From: the human T2T-CHM13v2.0 reference genome, Homo sapiens
Direction: 5' to 3' (one strand)
Assembly: GCF_009914755.1 (NCBI RefSeq)
Contig: NC_060944.1
Length of the DNA: 64,000 nucleotides
Shown here: positions 56,500-64,000 of the stretch, piece by piece
Position numbering within the stretch: position 1 is the first letter of the stretch
How the letters are laid out: the number at the start of each line of letters is the position of its first letter
Notes under the pieces: generated by a model
The model's database searches: none
The model's input: the letters and a program-made list of their open reading frames with translations, nothing else
What the model was told of the DNA's origin: nothing
Translations under genes and position numbers: made by a program

Positions 56500-59400
56500 T
56501 TAGAAAATGAAGAAGAGAGACAATAAAAATAAAAGAAGCAAGGGGGGAAGAAAAGAAATAAAAAGAGGTCAAATATTTCCTAAATTTGGTGAGATCAATC
56601 AATTTATAGACTCAAGAAACTCAACAAACACAAAGCAGGATTGATGCAAATAAAGCTATATATAGGCACATCATAGTTCAACTGATGAAAAAAAGGAGAA
56701 CCTTGAAAGCAACCAGACAAAAGTGACATATTGCATACAGGGAAGCAATGATTTATCTATCCACACATTTGTTATCAGAAATAATGGAGGCCAGGAGACA
56801 GTGGAGCAACAGCTTTAACATTCTGACAGTGTGGGTTACGGAGTCAGACAACATGACTTAAATTGTATGGCTACTACTTAGTATCTGTGTAACCTTGGAC
56901 AAGCTATTTGATAGTTCCATATCTCAATATATTACCTTTCTAACTAGTAATGTTAAAAGCTATCTCATTCTGCTGTTGAGGAGGTTAAATGAGTTACTAA
57001 TACATGAAGGTTCTTAGTACTTGATGAATAATACAAGCAAATTCAATGCTTGCCATTATTATGATCAGATTTTAATATTTGTGGTCAATTTGAGTGCTTT
57101 AAATTTTCAGAAATAATTAGACATGCATAAAGACAAATACCTTTTTAAAAAGATCCAAAAAATAAGAGTAGTTAATTTAAATTACCCAAAACAATCAGGA
57201 GTTTGCTAAAGAAAGAATGATTTCCAAAGGGACTCTTATTCAATCTCATCCTTCTTTGTACCCTCTGCAGCAGAAGTTAAACTATTTCACAGCAAGAGGA
57301 AGCCAGTTCTCCCCCAGCCATAGTTGACTCCAACAAAATCTCTCACTTTCTCACCTCGGGCTTTTGCCTGCACTTATTCCCCAGTACAGGTAATTAGCAG
57401 TCAAATTCTTAATTACTCAATTAGTCCAACCCACAATGCTATCTGAATAAATCAATTAATGTAGCTCCCACAGAAGAGCCCATGTTTACAACATAACAGT
57501 TATAATATTGTCCCAGTTAATCAGCGCAGAACCATGCAGACTCTGATATTGACAATGATTGCCTCGGTCCACTGTGGAATTCATTTTGCACATGACAGAA
57601 ACAGAAGTAGGACTCTAAATTTACAGCAATTTTCTCATTTTTTCTTCCTCAGACACCATATAAGGAGGTGAGAATTAAAATGCTGAGTGGCCGCAAGTCA
57701 CTCAAATTTAGCTACTGATCAATTTTTAAAATTTATTGCTTGTTTTATTTAACCAATGTACCCTGATGCTTTGTGCCTGGTTCTTTGCTAGACCTAATAG
57801 AAGCCTCTTACTGCATAACTCTCTCAGCTTCAGTTTCCACAAAGTGCACCAGTGCTTCTCAAACTTTAGTGTATAAATGATTAACCCAGGGTTCTTGTTA
57901 AAGTGGAGTTTCTGACTCCATAGATCTGGCATAAGCGCAGAGACTCACTAATTCCCAGGAGATGCTAATGCTACCGTTGAAGGAAGCTGACTTGGAGCAC
58001 CAAGGGTGTAGAATAAAGATTAGAGTGCTCACTTCACAGGATTGTTGAGGCGGTTGTGAGATCTGCGTGGAACAATGAAGATGACAAACTTAGCAAGCTC
58101 TAATTAGAGTGTGAAGTTCATTGTTAGAGACATGCCTTATAAGGACCAGAGTCTTACAAAAGAGAGAAAATACATAAGAGGATGAAGACTTACAGGAGAG
58201 GGAAACATTGGGAACATCAGTAGGGTGGGGTTCTGAACTGGCTTTACTACTGATACACTAACATTTTGATGAATTCATCACTTAAAACCTTGGATACATG
58301 TTCTTTATGCATTAAAATAAGCCACTTTTGAGAGTTTTGTCATTTTCAGATGCTAAATTGCCTTTCATTATAGATTACTTTTAAATCAGATCAGTTTTGA
58401 AATGTACTCTTTTTCCAAGCAATAATTTTCAGAAACCACAGGCAATAATATTTTTTCTAGCAGATTAAAATACACACATAACTACCATAATTCAAACAAT
58501 CCTTCCATATATTCCCTAAGGTATCATTTCATATATTATGAATTATATGCATTCTTTGAAAAACAATGCATTAGTTAATTTCTGTAATTTCTTGACAAAT
58601 TAAGGAATAATTCAGTTATGTTTCCAGATTATCTGAATCTTAGAAAAATAGGGACTTCTGAGAAGAGGTATCCTGTAAGCTGACCCTTGAAAAACAAGTA
58701 GGCTTTACATTTAGACAATCTGAAACTGGACTTCTGTGTGTTGGGGTGGGGAGGAGAACGTTGCTGTTCAAGGAAAGAAAGAAGAAAGGGCATTCAGGAT
58801 ACAGGGAGTATCAAGAATGTGAGCAGAGGTGAGAACTGGTGACTGATTTCTAACCTGTCCAAGAGAAAAAGCATGGGTGGTGTTCTAGGACTTGAGGGAT
58901 AGTATGAACTGAAACTCCAAGGTTGGAGAGAAACGCTTACACTTGAGTCCAGAGAGAATTTTGGATTTGTCCAGTTCTCTTAATATTCTGACAAACTCTC
59001 TGGACTCCTGCAAGAAAAATGCACACAGCACACACAGAGAGTGCATGCACATGCACACATACGTTTATAATATTTTGACCACAGTATCAGGGTGTGTATT
59101 TCTCCCTAGGGCCAATAAGTGAAAAATCTAGAGATCTATAGATCAAACATCTGATAGTGACAGCTTTTGGAAAATTGCAACTTTAAAGATTTAAAATTCT
59201 GCCCAGTGTCTCAGCATCACGGGGCCTCTTCTGAGTCACACAGCTCCTTTACGATGTTGGGACAGTGACAGAAAATACAACCCAAACTGGCTTAGGCAAG
59301 AGAAAACATAAAACTAATGGGCAGAAAGAGGTTTAGTTTCAGACAAAACTCCAAATCCCGTCACAGGAATCAGCCTGTCGTGGGGCTGTGCTGCCCTGCT

Positions 59401-60758
59401 CCACATTACCCTCAAATCCAAGTTCCACTTGAGGACAAGATGGTACCCATATATTCCAAACCTGGATTCTCTCAGATTCAAATCGCTCCAAGGAAATCAT
59501 GCTAAATTTTAATATCCATCCATCCTCTACCAGATTCATATAGTTTCTATGAAGCTGATTCTACTCCTGGTCTCAAATGTGCCATGTCCCTTGGGCCTGG
59601 ACAGTCTGAAACTAATTTCAGTGGTGATACAAATTGGTTTAGAGATGAGTGTGTGACTGTGTCAAGATTGCTGAGATGCCCTAAGAATTTCCCGAGGCTT
59701 CCAAGACAGAGCAGATACTCTTGACCTCTGGATCAGGACATGAGGGGATGTAAAGGATGGAGCTGCTGCAGTTGCTTTGCAACCTTGACAAAGGGATCTA
59801 ACTGAGATGGGAATCAGCAGGTGGAAATGACAGTGAGAGAAACAGAAACAGTGAGTGCAAGCAAGAGAGAAGGTGTTACTGACATATGCTGAACCACTGA
59901 TCCAGCTGTGCTGGAAACTTAGTAGCTCTGGTCTTTTTAGTTCTATGACCTACTTAACCTCTCTTGGATCTGTCAAAAAGATTCTTGTTAAAAAGTGTTT
60001 TAGGATAGATGACTTCCAAAGCCCCCTCAAGCTCCATACTTTCTGTAACACATGTGACAAACTATTTACGTGAAGTTCGTAGGTGTCCCAAGGATTAGGT
60101 TCCTGTTTCATAGCTAATACCATGGTTCCCCAAGTCCACATAATTTAATATATCAGAAAGTAACTGAGACCATTAAGAGACTCATCTGTTTTGTTCATCT
60201 AATTGCTGATTCTGTTTTGCTTTGAAGACTAAAAATACCTCAAATACTTCCCACCTTTTACAATCTTTATTCAATGCTCATTGAAGAGTGATTTCTATTG
60301 CTTTTGTTTCTTGTTTATTATTTATTGAACACACAATTAACTCACAATGCTTTTACAGACATACCTCAGATGCATGGTGGGTTTGATTGCAGACCCCTGC
60401 AATAAGACAAATATCAAAAGGAGTCAATTTTTTCTGTTTCCTAGTACATATAAAGATTACATCTACATTGTACTGTAGTCGATTAAGTTTCAATAGACTA
60501 CCATTTATGTACGTTATGTCTAGAAAAACAAGGTATATAATTTAAAAATATTTTTTTGCTTAAAAATGCTGATGACCATCTGAGCCTCTAGCAACTCATC
60601 TTTTTGCTGGCGGAGGGTCTTGCCTCAATGCTGATGGCTGCTGATGGATCAAAGTGGTGGTTGCTGAAGTTTAGGGTGGCTGTGGCAATTTCTTAAAATA
60701 ACATCAATGAGGTTTACCACACAAATTGACTCTTCATTTCAGAAAATATTTCTCTGCA

Positions 60759-62830
60759 CTATGTAATGCCATTTGGTAACATTTTACCCACAGTAGAACT
60801 TCTTTCAAAACTAGAGTCAACCCTCACAAAGCCTGCCACTGCTTTATCAGCTTTTATGTAATATTCTAAATCCTTTGTTGTCATTTCAACAATGTTCATA
60901 ATATCTTCACTAGAAGTAGATGCCTTCTCAAGAAACCATTTTCTTGGCTCATTCATAAAAATCAACTCCTCATCCAATAAATTTTTAATTTAATGGATGT
61001 TTTTTAATTCTAGTATTTTTTTGATCCTTCCAACACATCTTCAGTTGTTTCCTCCACTGAAGTATTGAGCCCCTCAGTCATTTATGAGGGCTGGAGTCAA
61101 CTTCTTCCAAATTTCTGTTAATGATATTTTGACCACCTCTTATGAATCATAAATGTTCTTCATGGCAGCTAGAATGGTAAATCCTTTCCAAAAGGTTTTC
61201 AATTTATTTTGCCCAGATCCATCAGAGGAATCACTGTCTGTGGAAGCTATAGCCTTATAAAATGTATGTCTTAAATAATAAGACTTAAAGTTGAAATTAC
61301 TCCTTGATCCATGGGCTACAAAATGGATGTTGTCTTAGCTGCCATGAAAACAACATTAATCTCCTTATACATCTCCATCAGGGCCTTTGAATAAAAAGGT
61401 ACTTCATCAATGATCAGCAACATTGTGAAAAGCATCTTTTATTCTGAGCAAAAATAGGACTCCTGATTATAGGCCAGATGGCCGACTAGACACAGGAGGA
61501 ACATCAGCCAAAGAGGGACCAAGACGCCAGGAAGAATGGCACACTCTCAGCAGATCTTTGCGGGGAAGGCACTGAGAGTGAACAGAGGGAGGACAGACAC
61601 TAGGCTGAAGAGGGAGGAAGCTGGGCACCCTGCATAGGGATACTGTGCACCAGGACTCATTCCTCGTTCCCAGAGACTCCTGAGGAAGGAGTGAGTTGAA
61701 CAGGCAAGGAGTGACCCACTCTTGCCATGGAACTCTGGAATCCTGGCAGCAAGAGACCCCATGACCTCAGTGGACACGAACTGGCAGGAAGAGCTGCTTA
61801 GAGAGGTGCTAGAGGAGGGACTGCAGCCTGTACAGAGCCCAGCAGGTTTGGTGCAGGAATATCTGCAGGTGAGAATTAAAAAACAATCAGGTACTATGCC
61901 TATTACCTGGGTGAGGAAATAATCTGCACACCAAACCCCCGTGACTTGCAATTTACCTATATGACAAATAGGCACGTGGACCCCTGAATCTGAAATACAA
62001 ATTAAGAAAAAAAAGTCAATAGTGGTTTTAAACCATGTTCAGTAAGCCACACTGTAATAAACACATATGCTGTCACCCAGGCTTTATTGTTCCATGTATA
62101 GAGCACAAACAGTAGATTTGGCATCATTCTTCAGGGACCTAGGATTTTTGCAATGGTACCTAAGCACTGGCTTCAACTTAAAGTCACCAGCTGCATCAGC
62201 CCCTAAGAAGAGAGCCTATCTTTTGAGGTTTTGAAGCCAGGCATTGACTTCTCTTCAACTATGTAAGTTCTAGGCAGCATCTTCTTCTGATATAAAGTTG
62301 TTTCATCTACATTGAAAATCTGTTGTTTTACTGTGGCTCTTTCATCAATGATCTTAGCTAAAATTTTTGGATAAATTGCTGAAACTTCTGTGTCAGTACT
62401 TGATGCTTTGCCTTGCACTTTTATATTATACAGACAGCTTCTTTCCTCAAACCTCATGAACCAACTTCTGCTAGCTTCGAACTTTTCTTCTGCAGCTTCC
62501 TCACCTCTCTCAGCCTTCATAGAATTGAAGAGAGCTCAGACTTCATTCTAGATTAGTCTTTGGCTTAAGAAAATCTTATGGCTGGTTTGATCCTCTATCC
62601 AAACCATAAAATGATCTCCATATCTGCAATAATACTGTTTTTCTCTTATTTATCATGTGTTCGCTGGAGTAGTATGCTTAATTTCCTTCAAGAACTTTTC
62701 CTTTGCACTCAAAACTTTGCTAACTGGCAAACAAGGCCTAGTTTTTGACTTATCTTGGCTTTCAACATGACTCCCCCACTAAGCTTAATCATTTTTAGCT
62801 TTTGATTTGAAGTGAGAGATATGCAACTCT
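60759..62830 (-). pseudogene. Tigger1 transposase remnant (CENP-B/DDE family)
   Basis: [50 protein letters not shown] (62203-62520) and [27 protein letters not shown] (60759-60977). Confidence 0.9.
61472..62014 (+). mobile_element. Internally deleted L1 (L1PA15/16-like): ~400 bp of 5'UTR fused to ~145 bp of 3' tip with poly(A)
   Basis: Starts AGATGGCCGACTAGACACAGGAGGAACATC (L1 5' end); from 61869 GGTACTATGCCTATTACCTGGGTGAGGAAATAATCTGCACACCAAACCCCCGTGAC..CCCCTGAA..A8 (L1PA 3' end). Confidence 0.8.
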
Positions 62831-64000
62831 TCCTTTCACTTGAACATGCAGAGGCCATTGCAGGATGATTAATTGTCCTGATGTCAGGATTGCTGAGACT
62901 CAGGGACTAGGGAAGCCCAAGGAAAGATAAAGAGGGAGCGAAGCCAATCAGTGGAGCCGTCAGAACACACACACAACATTTATCGATTAGGTCTGCTGTC
63001 TTCTGTGAACATGGTTTGTGGCAGCCCAAAACAAAATAGTATTATCAAAGATCACTGATCATAGTTCTCATAACAAATACAGTAATAAAAATAAAGCTTG
63101 ACATATTGTAAGAATTACCAAAATGTGACACAAAGGGAACATATGCTGTCAGAATGTTGGAATGGCCCTAACAGACTTTCTCAATGCAGAGTTTCTACAA
63201 ACATACAATTTGTTTTTTTTTTTAAAAAAAAAAAAAAAAACTGCAAAATGCAATAAAGTGTGAAGCACACTAAAACAAGCTTTGCCTGTATAATGATTTG
63301 GAGTAAGTTGAAAAGCATCCAAGTTCATAGACCCTGAAACCACAAAGTGAAATAGGAATCAATTAGTGACTCAGGCAATGCATTACCTGGGGAAGAGTGA
63401 AGCCAGGTGAGGCCTCGGGAGTTCCAAAATTAGTTTGTGGTCTGGAATCCACAGGAAGTTCCTTATGCATTAGGTTCGCAGTGGGATTTGGCCTAATTTC
63501 TTTGACAAGTGAGTAATTTCCAGGTAAATAAAGCAGGGTGAACACTACTTAGACCTTTTTGTCAGCCCACCTTTCACTCACATCAACAGCTGTCCAGTAA
63601 ATAATGACCTCTTTTCATCTGACCTATGGAGCTTAGCAATTTTTCTCCATCAATTTTAAGTGTCTTAATCTCATCACATTGGTTTACTGTAGAAGAAATT
63701 TTTTTTTTTTACTTATTTTTATTTTTACCTTCCTTGATTTTAGTCATTTAAAAACTGAGGATGTATACCATATGCCTTTTGGCTGAGCCTGTTTTATTAG
63801 GCGTGATGTATTTCAAGGGTGATAAATCTTTTATTTGGTCTGGCCTCAGATCACTGTGTTTCTTATCGCTATAGTTAAAGGGAGGTGGTATTCAGAAGCA
63901 GAAAGCTAGCTAGACTTCAATCAAGAGGCTCAGGAAGCAGACTCCCACCTTTTCTATCAGCTAATGATACCTTTTCTTGAGTCCAATAGTCAAGCATAAC

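Larger units (their letters stand above)
60356..63288 (-). mobile_element. Full-length Tigger1 (TcMar-pogo) DNA transposon, interrupted by an L1
   Basis: Ends CAGACATACCTC / AAGCTTTGCCTG flanked by TA on both sides (60354-55, 63289-90); ~2.4 kb after removing the insert. Confidence 0.93.

Noticed and set aside
58020-58045. GTGCTCACTTC resembling the U6 snRNA 5' end
   Set aside because: Similarity stops after about 11 nt.
62203-62520. TIGD1-like domesticated gene
   Set aside because: Lies in a TIR/TA-flanked Tigger1 with fragmented frames and an L1 insertion; a decayed transposon copy.

Overview
Primate genomic DNA, most likely human: it carries an Alu with all five AluYa5 diagnostic positions. 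The window is AT-rich, CpG-poor and dominated by interspersed repeats. I recognise no host protein-coding exon, RNA gene or CRISPR array, so it reads as intergenic or deep intronic, and I cannot name the locus. The protein-like ORFs in the track are decayed LINE-1 ORF1/ORF2 and Tigger1 transposase; the rest are Alu, LTR or low-complexity read-throughs. Main structures: (1) a nested LINE-1 complex at ~39.3-51.1 kb, where a 5'-inverted old L1M hosts an AluYa5 and a full-length L1PA7-like element, which has an extra ~700-bp L1 segment ahead of its 5'UTR and hosts a twin-primed L1PA4-like insertion; (2) a full-length Tigger1 at 60.4-63.3 kb carrying a ~540-bp L1 made of only the 5'UTR start and the 3' tip; (3) a MER1A with a ~0.5-kb palindromic AT-rich minisatellite expanded inside it; (4) several templated-insertion and fold-back scars; (5) a CpG/ETS-enriched candidate regulatory element near 53 kb. 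I cannot support a new gene system here; the most unusual signals are fossils of retrotransposition and repair. Subfamily calls come from remembered consensus motifs and need RepeatMasker/Dfam confirmation. Boundaries of ancient repeats are approximate.
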